A stretch of 64,000 bases of DNA from Vairimorpha necatrix (Eukaryota). The position numbers and the translations under genes were made by a program. Under the pieces are notes generated by a model, which worked only from the letters and a program-made list of their open reading frames with translations, had not been told where the DNA came from and did no database searches. The stretch covers positions 868,001-932,000 of the forward strand of contig CP142737.1 in NCBI GenBank assembly GCA_036630325.1. Direction: 5' to 3'. Shown here piece after piece: positions 46,001 through 58,900 of the stretch; within the stretch, counting starts at the first letter, position 1, and each line of letters opens with the position of its first letter.

Positions 46001-46640
46001 AGTACAAGAGATCATAGAAAATGATTGTGCTGAAATAAGAGTAGATACGAGAATATCCACTAATATAAAGGTAACCCATAATAAGCCTGATATTCTTGTT
46101 TTTGACAAGAAGAAGAAAGAAATTTTAATAGTTGAAGTTGGTATAACCAACCAGGATCGACTTACTATAGTTGAGAATGAAAAACTAAGAAAATATGACC
46201 TTCTTGCAAATGAACTGGGACTAATACATAAATCCCAGACAAGAATAGTTCCTTATGTAATGACATGGGATGGAGTGGTGACCAATATCACAGAAAGTAC
46301 ATCAGAGAGCTAGAAATCCAACCCTACCTGGAAGCATATATCCAGTCTATTGTGATGAAGAAGACTTTAGAGTCCATCTTTTTAAACGACGACGAGGATA
46401 CGATCAGGAGGATGCAGGAGAAGAAGAAGTGGCTAGAGCTGTAAGCGCACTAGCGAATATGGTGACTGTTAAAGAAGTGGTGTCGGAAAAGGGGAATGAA
46501 GCTGCTAAAGTGAAGTTGGAAAACATTAATAATTCCACAGAAACCAAAGTCTGTGAAGAGCTGAATCCCATGAGCGATACCGGGGAAAGCTGTGCTATGA
46601 ACATCTAATCTTAATGATAAATTAACTCAATAAATCTTTT
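43084..46640 (+). mobile_element. Near-full-length RLE-type (R4/Dong-like) non-LTR retrotransposon, pseudogenised
   Basis: RT motifs FRPITCMSNLYK, IDVKKAYDSVDH, GILQGDSLSPLLF and FIDDLK; CCHC knuckle CPHC...VDHLATKC; RHNEV; KPDIL...K.RKY endonuclease; split across several ORFs. Ends are approximate. Confidence 0.9.
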
Positions 46641-48577
46641 ATAATGCTTTCCCGTTTTGAAAAACGACATTGTTATGTTTTGTTTATTTAATATTTTTTT
46701 TGACAGAATAAAAGAACAAAAAACATTGTTCACCAAATTTGGTAACACTCTATACAATGACTTAGTTAGTTTAATGCATTAAGTTATAATCATATAAAAG
46801 AAAATAGTTGGCAAGTTTATTAAATGTTAACTCATTCTTTAGTGATAGAAATTACTTCGATTAGATACTATTCAAAATTTTAATATCATATTTATATTTT
46901 AAAGCAAATTCAAAAAATTATTTACTAAAATAGTTTTTACAATCAAATAATCAGTTAAAAGTTATTGCAAAATGAATTTTCGAGTGTATATTCTACTATC
47001 TTGTAATAATCAAACAAAGCCAATTTTATACCATCGATTTAAAGTCAAAATATCACAATTTTAGATATTATTAAAATATGTCAACAACAAAAATATAAAG
47101 AACTAATAAATTACCAAAAGAATACAAGAACCCAACGTAGGATCAATAAAAATGTAGAAAAATTTTTGTTTTTAAATCTTAATGGTAAAATATCAAATTA
47201 ACATCATATTTACATATACTAGAATAATAAATTAATCAATAGAACAAAAAAAATTACACTGATATCGAAAGCAAAAATGAAATAATATGTAACATATCTG
47301 ATTATAGATTTTAATCGTATGATGTAATAATAAAAATGAAATTAAACGAATTCTATTTCATAATAGACTACTATCACAAGTAGTTAACTATTTGTATCAA
47401 AAAAAAGTCATATAATTTAAATAAAATATTCTATAATTAACTTAAATCAATTGTATCAGATTATGAGAAAAAAACTAAGAATATTATGAGCCCATTTAGG
47501 CATACAATATTTCTAAATAAATTCCCTAAATAGAAAAAGACATTGCAAAGATAAATCTATACTTTTTTAAATAAACAAGAACTATGACTAAGAAAAACTT
47601 AATAAATTTTAGCATATTTGAAAGAAGAAGTGGTTTCGCTCAATGATTAAAACAACATATGATCGAATTACCAGCTCATACAAAAAAATTTTACTCAAAA
47701 GTATAAAAAATCAAGTGGGGGCTTTTTGACTCAATTAGATTCTTTTTTGTAAATTATAAGATTTAGACGTAGAAAATATATAAAATATAATTATATAACA
47801 AAAAATATAATTAATAGATTGGGTCTTCTATAAATTTAAATTGCGAACTTAAAGATGTTGGAATTTGTCAACTCTACTTACATTTTTAAAGTTTCGATTG
47901 CTTATCCACAGTATTAATTTAAATTGTCTATAAAATTTCATAAAAATCTTTATACAAAGAAATTGATTTTTAGCTGAAAACAAGGTAAATATTATTAAAA
48001 TCCATTAATAAAAAAAAATTTTAGAATTAAGGGGAATTATCCGTATTTTATATTTAAGATGAAAACATTTTTAAGAAAAATATAATAATGTTAATAAACA
48101 AAAAAATTTTTAATTCGTGATATTAAAGTATATCTATATCTAAAAAATGTGAAGTTTATGTTAAAGTGATAATAACTCTAATTAGTTTTTGAGTTCCAGA
48201 CACAAAAAAAGAAAATTATGTAAAATCATTACATAAGTTCTTTAAATTCAATTATATAAACTATACTCATCTCTTTAACTGTTTTCAAATATTTTTTCTA
48301 AGGAAGCCCAATAAAGAATGGAAAGAAACTAATAGTAAGTAAAATCATAAAGTAAAATATACTATAAGCATTTCTATAAATATAAATTTTTCTATCTACT
48401 CATTTACGCAATTTTTTTAACATGGAAAGTTATTTGATTACCTTAAGAAAAAAGAAAAGAAAAATTACTAAACTATTTTACTTAACAAATGGCAAGGAAA
48501 AGATTTGTTATGTTCTTCTAAATATAGAATTATATATCCACTACAAAAAGACAAATAATTTGGAGCTGGGATACTTA

Positions 48578-49152
48578 CAGCCCCCGCATTTGAGGCGCTA
48601 CGATTTTTTTTTCGAACCCCAAAAATGAAGTGTAAAAAAAGGAGGAGCAAAGAAGAGACAAAAATTACTAAGCACTTATTACATTAAAAATAGCAAATAA
48701 ATATATGATTTTAACAAAAATTAATTTTAAATTTAGTTATAATAATCATTTGAAGTATTGTGTCTTTTTCGCCTTTCTTATTTTTTCAATTTTTTTTAAT
48801 TGTTGGTTTATTATGAAAGTAGATTTTTGAAGAAAATCTACTTTAATAATAAAACAACAATTAAAATTATAAATATTAGTTATATAAGAAAATTTAAATA
48901 AATGTTCAACGATCTATACAGATCGTTAAATCAAAAAATTTAATTAAAATATGTTAAGTTATTTAGAATTTTATAGTTTTATGGCTATATTCTTTTTTTA
49001 AATTAAATTTCGTATAAGAATATATATTTATTTGGTATTTTTACTGTTTGAAGATGCAAGTAATTTGAGTACTAATGATTGCTTCTCCTTTATTTTGCAC
49101 TTCGTTTTTGGGGTTCAAAAAAAAAATCGTAGCGCCTCAAATGCGGGGGCTG
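48578..49152. mobile_element. MITE with TA TSD (Tc1/mariner-type)
   Basis: TIR CAGCCCCCGCATTTGAGGCGCTACGATTTTTTTTT.GAACCCC and its reverse complement; TA on both sides. Related subterminal fragments near 35785-35850 and 57560-57620. Confidence 0.85.
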
Positions 49153-51398
49153 TAAGTTCTCTTTAGCCAATAATTTTATAAAAAGTATTTAGAAAATCAA
49201 AAAAAAATAAACGTAGAAAATTTATGAAAATTATGTATAACTTTAGTATTCAAACCTTTATGTTATACAAATTATTCTTCAAAGTCTTTTAATAATTAAA
49301 GTACAATAAAAATAATAGTAAATAATATTATAACATTTCACTATAATAAAAAAAAAAGGTTAGTTAATTTATGGTTAAGTATTTTATAAGAGAAATTTGG
49401 GTTTCCACATAGGGAGTGATTTAAATATTATGATAAAAATTTGTATAAAACAACACTTTGAGTCAAGCTAAACTATTTAAAACTAAAAATTTTTATAATA
49501 ATATAGTGGAATATCAATAAATATGTATTATGTAATTGAATAAATGAGAAAATAAAGAACCTATTTATATAAAAGTTCAGTAACACTAATTTAATTTTCC
49601 TTATTTTACAAATGTCCCATCACACTATCATAAATAAACTAAAATATTAATAAAATAAATAAAATATTTGCTCAATAATTAGATGGTTTTACTGAAAAGA
49701 TAATTGAAACGATTTACAAATATTATATAAGTTTTTAATAAACGATTAACTTTTTTTAAAACAAGACACAGAATAGTTCTAATTAAAATAAAAAAGTATA
49801 AATTTTAAAAAGTAATATTAATAAAGAAATATTTTAAAATTTCAAATTTTGTTATGTATAAAACGTTAGAACTAAAAGATAAAATAAATATTTAATGATG
49901 AGATATTTTATATCAATAACTAAAATAGAATTAATTCAACAAATAAAGCTGCTTTTGTACAATGTATTAAATTGATTTTCTACACTAAATGAAAGGTTTC
50001 ATATAAAATTCTTAGATTTTATAAAATTCCATGCTTAATAGATATGAATATTAAGATACATCGACAATAATGCGAACTAATTGTATATTTATAACTCACA
50101 TGCTTCAATACCATAATTTTTCTAGTTTAGTTCATTGACAGATCGATAAATTCAATTATATTTCAGTTATACACTAAACAAGATAAATAAATTTTTTTTA
50201 TTAGAATGAGATGTCTCGCAGATTAATATTTGCAATTCTTGCTTTAAATTCATTCGTTTATCGAATCGGACGAGAATAATAAATAGAAGACTAAATATAT
50301 TCTAATCATAACCCTTAAATAGTGTATTTATGATTACAAATAATTTTCAGAAATATCACATAAACACACAACTTTTCGGTATTATTACTAATTGTCTATA
50401 AATTATAACCTTCTTATGCATTATATTGCTCTAAAAAATATATTTCAAACATAAATTAAAATCACAAAAATGTTATTATAGATTATTGTTAAAGACAATT
50501 GTAAGTTAAGGGTTAAATTTATTAAATCTATATTCCCAACAATATTAAATTTTTTTGAATTTTGTTGTATTATTTAAAAATTTATATTTTCACCCCTTAA
50601 TTTTATCATGAATAAAGATCTTAAAAATAAAAAATTTAATTAGCGAAATTATAAAAAATCAAAATATATTTGTTATATTTGTATAATTTCTATCCCCATT
50701 ATGATATATAAAGACATTAATTATAAATTAATCTTACTAAACCAGAGGAGCTACCTCTTGTCAAATAGAGTTCTATAAAATTAATAGCTTTATTATTATA
50801 TTTTCTATTGTAGCGTTGGCCATCTCATATAGGAGCCTGATCCCTGGCTTTATCGCCCTTCCTTGGTCGTTGGTGCCAAGGGCATTGATCGTTCTTTTGT
50901 TTCATGATCCGGTGAAGGTCAGGACAAAAAGAAATAAATATTTGATTTTTGGGATAAACCGGTCGAATGGTCTTTTTCCAAAAAATTGAAATTAATTAAA
51001 TTATAAATAATTAATTTGTGGTATTTGTAATACCAAAAAACTCAATAAATTAATTTTTTTTGATCGATTATATCCATAGAAAGAACACAAAAAAGAATCT
51101 TCTACAAATAATATTATATACTAAAACTTGAGTAAAATTTGACAGTAAATAACATTAAATAGTTCAAAACATTTAAATTTGATCTTTACTTACTTTTTTC
51201 GAAAAGAAATGAAAAATATCGCCTTTTTATTTTTTTTTTCAAAAAAGTAATTTATGATTTTTTAAAAACACTTTATTCAACTCGATTTTAAACAAAAAAG
51301 GTTTAAATATCTTCTTAATTGTTAAATTTAAACTTTTTGAAAATTTTTATTAGCAGACTAAAGTTCTTGGAGCAAAATAATGATATTTTGTGTTACTT

Positions 51399-52247
51399 CT
51401 AAAAATTCATGTCTTTTTTGAATACGTATGTCAGATTTATTGACATATCATATAATAATTGATTTATAATACAATGATTAGACGAAAAAATGATGTATCG
51501 CTTAATAATCAATTCATACAAATTGATAAATCTTTTACACAAATTGAAATAATCAAATAGATAAGGAAACCTTTCTAAAGATAGCCTATGATATAAAATC
51601 ATTGTATCAGTATTATAATTATATTTTAAATATGTAGGCTTGAGTTTTGCAAAGTAAGAAATCGTACTAGAAATTATATCTATATTTTCTATTATCAGGG
51701 ATTTGGAAATTGTATCTATAGAAGAACTTTCCACTTCGCTTTTAATAGTGGGCAAAAACACATCATTTAATCTTTTTATATTATGACTGAACTTATTAAT
51801 TATCATACAACACTTTCTATATTTTTTCCAAATATCTTTTGGAAATACTTTAACCTCATTTATTGAAACCTGATGATGTTCATTTATCCATATTCGAAAT
51901 AAATTATCAAAAGTTACAAATCTGAGATAACAAGTCAATAATTTTTCATTTGTTTTAATCGTTTTTGTATTGAGATAATTTGTTTCCATAAGATAGACAA
52001 AACCAAGAAGTTCTTGTAAATAATTAAGTTCGTGCTTTTTGATTTTAGCCTCTGACTGAGTCGGTTTCTCTCTTTGTGAAGGTAATGCTTGTTCTTTTAA
52101 ACTTTTCGCTGTGATTGATATATCAATTATATTTACACAACTGATTTTTACATTAGAATTACAATTGGGTTTTTGTTCGTATAATGGTTCAAAATTTTTA
52201 CCTTGGTCGTGTTTTGAGCAAAATATTAATAAAATATATTGAAACAT
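51399..52247 (-). CDS. Lineage-specific hypothetical protein, probable signal peptide
   Basis: Within ORF 51399..52289; ATG 52247 in CCCATATATG context; N-terminus MFQYILLIFCS. Confidence 0.75.
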   Translation of the reverse strand: MFQYILLIFCSKHDQGKNFEPLYEQKPNCNSNVKISCVNIIDISITAKSLKEQALPSQREKPTQSEAKIKKHELNYLQELLGFVYLMETNYLNTKTIKTNEKLLTCYLRFVTFDNLFRIWINEHHQVSINEVKVFPKDIWKKYRKCCMIINKFSHNIKRLNDVFLPTIKSEVESSSIDTISKSLIIENIDIISSTISYFAKLKPTYLKYNYNTDTMILYHRLSLERFPYLFDYFNLCKRFINLYELIIKRYIIFSSNHCIINQLLYDMSINLTYVFKKDMNF

Positions 52248-55217
52248 ATATGGGTCAAAAAAAAAATTTATATAAGAAAAAAAAAACACAAAGTTCTACG
52301 AAATAGTGAAAAGAGATAAAATGCTATCTCCTTGTCAAAAGTCCATAAATCTTTTTTAACAAAACCTTAATTTTTATAACGAGATGAAAACAACATACAA
52401 TCAAAATCATTCTCACACAAATACACAACGTCATTTAATAACAAAACCTATCTATCATATTACAATTGTCATAGCCTGATGCTATGTCAAGAATTTTTGA
52501 TATTTAATTTTTATCAAAAATTTCATTAACCATATTTTACAAAAAATATTTAAATAAAAATTTCAAAAGAAGGGTAAGACGAAATGAGGAGAAATGAAAT
52601 TAATCAAGAGAGGCCTAGACTAGGACAAGGGTCAAGATATAATGAGTTTAACAATTTAAAAAATAAAAGTTTTTTTTAGTATATTAGAGAACTATTTTAA
52701 AGACGGGTGTTATCCCCGTGGGCATGACAACAATTATTTGTAATCTCAGCTTACAGCTTTCTATTTTATACCTACTATTATTTTATCAAAAAATTTATCA
52801 TAGCTTTTAGAAAATCCAAAATTCAGAACTGATTAAAAAAATCCTTCTCAAATATCAAAGTTTTAATACAACATCTATTTTTTCATATTTATATTTTATA
52901 TATAAATTTATTTTTCTTTATTTCATTAATACACTTATTTGATCAAATCTTTTTTTATTGTAAATTTTATGTATAAATAAGAGAATCTTTTTATAGGTAA
53001 ACAAAAAATTATTTTATTACTAAGCTAACATGTTGTATTAACAATACGTAAGAACTATATTTTTTTTAATGCATAAATTGAAAAAAAACTGAAACGGATT
53101 ATTTTTTTTAGTGTTCACAAAATTGTCGCCGTTTAAATGGTATATATGTTATAACAATACAAAAAAGAGATTTTACTTCTTCATTATCTATGAAAAACAA
53201 TTTTAAAAAAATGTTGCAGTTTAGAAATTCAATTTTTTTTCACAAATTATGGGCGATACAAAAGGTTGAGTTTCATAGTGATGAATATGGCCAATTTCGC
53301 AAAAAGCATTAGAAGGAATAAAAAATTCAATTTTTGCATTGAATTTAGATATGACTTTAAAAAAACTGCAAAAAAGAATTTACTGTGAGATTTAGCAGGG
53401 CTTGGAAAAAATTTAAGGCCTAGGACATAAAAAAGAAAAAATAGTTGAAGCATAAAAAACTCATATTTTAAAAGTCAAAGAGACGAAAAAAAATGTAAAA
53501 AAGCTAAGAACCTATAAGGTTGTCTAAAAACAAATACTAAAGTCAAGGGGGGGGGGGCAAATTCTAGATAATTTAAAAAAAGAGTGTCAATAAAGAGGTG
53601 TTTTCACAAAGATATGAACTCGTGGCTAAAACTTGTTATTTTTGAAGGACTAAGATAGGATAAAATGAAAGCGAATCCAAGAATTCTTTTTATAAAATTA
53701 AGGAAGCAATATAAACCATCATTACAAGAGAATAAAGGAATACAGGCAATGTTAATTTAAAAGTAGCTGCGACAAAACAACCATGAAAATATAAGGGGTG
53801 GTAAAAGCATGAATCGTTACTTAGATGCTTATATTGAAATTTTAGAGAGGATTTTGTTGTAGATAATAAAAAAATAATCTGTTTTAAGCAAGAGAAATGT
53901 AAAAATTGCACTATGATGAACCTAAGAAGGAACTTTGGAGGAACTATGGTATTATTAAAAGCAGATTAAATTACGAATTTAATTAAGGATTGTGTGATAC
54001 ATATAGAAAATCTAAGGAAAAGATATTTATGAAAGAACCATCATAAGGAGACGATGGTTGTGTCACCTAGAACGCCTAAGAAAGTATGAAATTGTAAGTA
54101 ACATATTTGCCCATATTAAATAACAAAATCAAACATACGAGATCTAGTTCGTGCAACCAAGGCGAACGCATTATATCGACATTAAACATAATTTTTTTTT
54201 TACTGTTGGTATTATTTAAGTGCAATATAAGTATAAGCCCGAGTTTGAGTTAAATTGACAAGAGTACGATGGAATTTGGGGGACGTAAGTTGTAAAAACT
54301 CGCCACATATATTGCAGAAAATAATGGAGTTATATTTAAAGAGAATAAAAAACATTGAAAATTTAGCCTGAAGGCTTTTTTTGTATAGAAGTAATATTAA
54401 CCGCCACATTGTTATTTTAGAAAAGTTCTACAAAATTTATTAAGATCAATATAAAAATTTTCCTCAAATAAATACAGTTTTGAAGAAAACGGTACAATAA
54501 ATAGATTTAATTTTTTAAAAGAATTAATATTACGCTATCTATGATTTATAATTGGGGCTTTATAATATTTACACCGGGATTGGTTCTAATGAATGAAGTT
54601 TTTAAGACCAACTTGATATTCCAAAGACATAGACTTAATAAAAGAGTACGCAGCGAAGTGTATGACTGATATTCCATTGAAGACGAAAAGTTTTACATGG
54701 AAAAAAGAAATGAACATAGATTTTCTATTTATGACGAAATATAAGTGATTTCGAATAATTTCGATCGTGTAGTATGATAAAGAATTATTACCAAGAGCCG
54801 ATGTTTGCAACATATTAAAAATATGGTTATTACAAAAGAATGAAAAAGGTTAAGAAAATACAATCAATGCTCTAAAAAGTTTCCACCAAAAGATGCGAAA
54901 AGGTATTTCTTAACAGAATAACGCAGTATTTGTCATTATGATATTTGAATATATGAACCTATAAAAGATTTGGTACAGCAATAATTCAGAATCCACAGTA
55001 GAGATTAGCAATAAGACGGATTTTTACAATGCGCGAGAAAAAAGACAATGAGGATAATATCCAAAATTTGAATTCATGTTTAAATGTAGGCAACATGAGC
55101 AGATTTTTTCGTGTAATTGTCTATGTGCAATTTATACGGCGGAGGTAGCAGTATAAAAGATGATGATAACGCCGAAAAGAAAAACAAATCAGTAAATAAT
55201 AGTTGGGCATCATACAA

Positions 55218-55916
55218 TGTCACCGTTCGGAGCGGACGCCAGGGAAAATGCTTATTTGAGAAGGGTAAAAAATTAAAAAAAAAATTACCCGTTCGGAGCG
55301 GACGCCAGGGAAAATGCTTAGTTAAAAAGGGTAAAAATTTAAAAAAAATTACCCGTTCGGAGCGGACGCCAGGGAAAATGCTTACTTGAGAAGGGTAAAA
55401 AATTAAAAAAAAATACCCGTTCGGAGCGGACGCAAGGGAAAATGCTTACTTGAGAAGGGTAAAAAATTTAAAAAAAATTGTTGTTTATTTGTAATTTGTA
55501 TTTAAAATTTCTTTAATTTTAAGGGCATGAAAATAAAATTGAATAACAATGAAAGACAAGAAGTTTTTGTCTTTTTACAGACTGGTATTGTAATAGACAT
55601 AATACAATTTAATAAAGTAAAATTATGCAAAGAAGTGATAATGATATTATAATAGAAGAAATAAGTACTAGAGATCTAAGGTTGCTTGGTAATGAATAAA
55701 GTACTAAAAATTTTGTTTATTTTATTTTTCTCCTTTTTTCATTATTCCCTCCCATCATTATAAAAAAATAGCAAAAATTTACCCCTCAAAAAATCGAGAT
55801 AAAACTTTGGTTATCATTTAAGACGAACATTTATTTGTTCTTATTTTTTGGTTCGATCCTCACTGAAGAGATTTTTTTTAATTTTTTACTCCTGGCGTCC
55901 GCTCCGAACTGTGACG
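55218..55916. mobile_element. Non-autonomous TIR element (Ginger2-like termini) with a tandemly amplified left end
   Basis: TGTCACCGTTCGGAGCGGACGCCAGG ... CCTGGCGTCCGCTCCGAACTGTGACG; 5-bp TSD TACAA at 55213-55217 and 55917-55921. Confidence 0.75.
55223..55478 (+). repeat. 4 x ~65-bp tandem repeat
   Basis: Units start at 55223, 55289, 55353 and 55417: ccgttcggagcggacgccagggaaaatgctta.ttgagaagggtaaaaaatt(a)n. Confidence 0.95.
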
Positions 55917-58900
55917 TACAATGAAAAAGATTCGAGATGTCATTTGATTAAGATTCCAAAAAATTTTGGTTGAGCTGTATGAATTTATGTCCTAGATGTA
56001 GAACATGGTTTATTACGAGGATATTGAAAGATACTAATGGCCGAAAAAGACGGACCAAAAATTTGAGACATTTTCAAAATGTGAGATTTGCTAAAAGTAC
56101 ATAAAAAAGACGAGTATATAAGTGCATTTATAAGTACCACAAGATATTTAGAAAAGATTGGTAGAAATAGAATTTAGTGTAGAGAGAGAGAGAAAGAAAG
56201 TAATAAATATTGTCGTCTATTATTTTTAAGAGTGTTGAAGGTGCATTAGATCAAAAGCAAGCTGTCAAGATTGTTAGATTTCTATAAGAATTGCGTATGC
56301 AGGAAACAAACCAGTGGGGATTGTAACTGATAATGAATTAAATTTCTATAATGTTGATGTGATGGAACAACTCGGGCACTTAAAAATTGATAAAAAATTG
56401 TTGTAGAGCCTCGGTAGAGAATCAAAGGATTATAAGAATCATAAGAACGATGAGAGATGATATTTTGAAAGTTTGAAGAAATGTTAGTGGGCAGGGTTTA
56501 TGAAGCCATTGGGAAATGTGGCTATAATCACCATGTAGAAATATAATGTACTCCAAAAAGCATTGTGTGCGATAAAATGAGCATTAAAATGGTCGAGAAT
56601 ACCTTAGAAGAAAGTTATGCAAGGCGATTGCAAAAAAAATTAATAGAATTTTGTTAATAATTGATACAAGACTGCGGACGAAAAAATCATGAAGGATTTG
56701 TAAATATGATCGAGGGAAGGTTAAGACGCAGGAATTATAGTAAAGTGTGTCAAAAAGATATTCATATAATTGAGTTAGATAATGAAAGATACGTGAATAA
56801 AAGACACTTTGATCTGAAGGGGGTTGAGTATAGAAGTGTAGTTAAGAATTTAATAACAATACTTTAAAACTATGATGTTAAATTTTATTTTTTGTCAACC
56901 CCCAATTATGTAAACAAAAATATTTAAATTTAATAATTTGATCTCCTAAATTATATATTTTGAATTTTATGACTTAATCTTTATACAACATTTTTATTAA
57001 TAAAATCAAGTTTAAATTTTTAATATAAATCCAATTGAATATATACGGCAGGTATTTTTTAACGGTTTATTATAAAAAAAGATCTTTTTTCATTTATCCC
57101 TTCATAAAAAACATACGGCTTAAAAATTAACCCGCAGAAAATGCATAATAATTTAAATGTAATAGCAACATAAATAATGAATTTCGCTAGATAAATATAC
57201 ATATAAGTAATTTAACCTTTGTAAGTTTGAGTGAGTTGCCTCCCTGGGCGCGCGGCTCGTATAGATAATTTATATTCTTATGATTTTTTTGCTCTTGTAT
57301 TTTTCAGGCCTCGGGGAAAAGCTAGAGTTCATCCTTTTTAGTTTTATTTTTAATAAATGTCAAACCTATAATTTATTGAAAAGAACCCCAGTTGACTGTA
57401 CAGCTTTCCACATTATGACTTTTTTACTAGAATAGACATTTTATTATTCGCCATTTGTTTGTTTACGTCGATTGCCGGACGTAAGTAAGACGTGACGCCC
57501 AAGGGGTAAACTCTTAGAGTCCTACTGGATCGAACTATGTACAGAAGAATGTCGTGTGACAATAAATACTTAGTAATTTTTGTCTCCTGCTTTTTGCACT
57601 TCATTTTGGGTAAAAAATAAAGCGAAAATTAACTGAAGGGGGATGGGTTGTTTCCGATTTTCTCCAAAAAATTTACCGTTTAGGTATTCTATTTTACATT
57701 CGGTTAATGACATGTATCCGTGGAAGTGGACATTTTTGTACCGCTCTTCTAAATGCTTATTTATATTAATATTTTTATTGATGGTCTCTCTTTTTCTCTT
57801 AAGCCAAACCCCTTCAAAAACAAACTTTGTTTATATTATGTTTTAATTTATTATTTGTTGTCAACACTAAACTACAAACATTGACATATTTACAAAAAAA
57901 AATACAATTATACAACTTCCATATGTTTAGTTGGGTGGCCCATCTTGATAGGCGCTGAGATGCTTAACATGTCTCTGGGCATTTGTGGCAGATGATGTTT
58001 ATGTTATCTGCACATGTTATGTAGTAATGTACATCACAGTTGGTTTTTTAGTTACCATATAGTTATTTTTTTTTCTGCTCATATTCCGTTTTTGATAAAG
58101 AAAAATAAGATTCTAGCTATTTTATGGCTTTAGAAATTTTAAATTAGATTAAATATTTGAATAAAAAATAATCCTATTAAATTTTTAGGATCATAGTATT
58201 TTTCGTATAGTATTCATTTTATTAAATTTGTGCAAAAAATTAAATTTTAAAATTTTGTTTAAAACTAAAAAATTATATTTTTTTTCTTTTCAATTTGAAA
58301 ATATCGACGTAAATTTTGTATTTTTTAAATAAAAATTTTAATAATAATGATTATATGAAACATTATTTTTCAATTAAATGTGATCTTTAGAGAATTAGAG
58401 TCATAATGTAAACATAGAACAATTCTGAATTTACGGCTAATGTAAGAAGTCTTTAAAATAAAGATACTGGCGCATCCCGACAGTATTAAGTTCTTTTTCC
58501 AACAATTACTCAGTTTTGGTTGAGACAATAAAGAAACTTTAATTATGAAGCAAAAAAAAATTGGAGGCAGGCTTTGTATAAAAAAGTAAAAAAATCAAGG
58601 TAAATAGGAGTTGAAGTTGTTCTTTCATTAAAGTGTACGAACAGCCAAAACGTTCATAATGTGCATTAAATATTTGTTTATTTCAACTGAAAACTTAAAT
58701 TGTGCCTACTTTCAGAACGGTATATAAATATTCTAAATTAAAATTGCTTTATGTAATTACTCAAAATGAGAATTCAAAAACAATATATTTCGACTTATTA
58801 CGATCACATTATTAAGATGAAACTAGTTTTATGAAAACATTATGTTTAACATAACATATTTAATATTGAAGAAACAGTATTTTTGTCATGGTTTAAATTG

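Larger units (their letters stand above)
54200..56830 (+). pseudogene. Highly degenerate Ty3/gypsy pol remnant
   Basis: LIKEYAAKCMTDIPLKTKSFTWKKEM (RT-RNaseH linker), YDKELLPRAD, KPVGIVTDNELNF (integrase), and a PPT-like GAAGGGGG near 56816-56824. Boundaries are approximate. Confidence 0.55.

Noticed and set aside
55223-55478. CRISPR-like spacing of a GC-rich, partly palindromic repeat
   Set aside because: The intervening segments are near-identical rather than unique spacers, there are no cas genes, the context is eukaryotic, and the motif is a transposon TIR.
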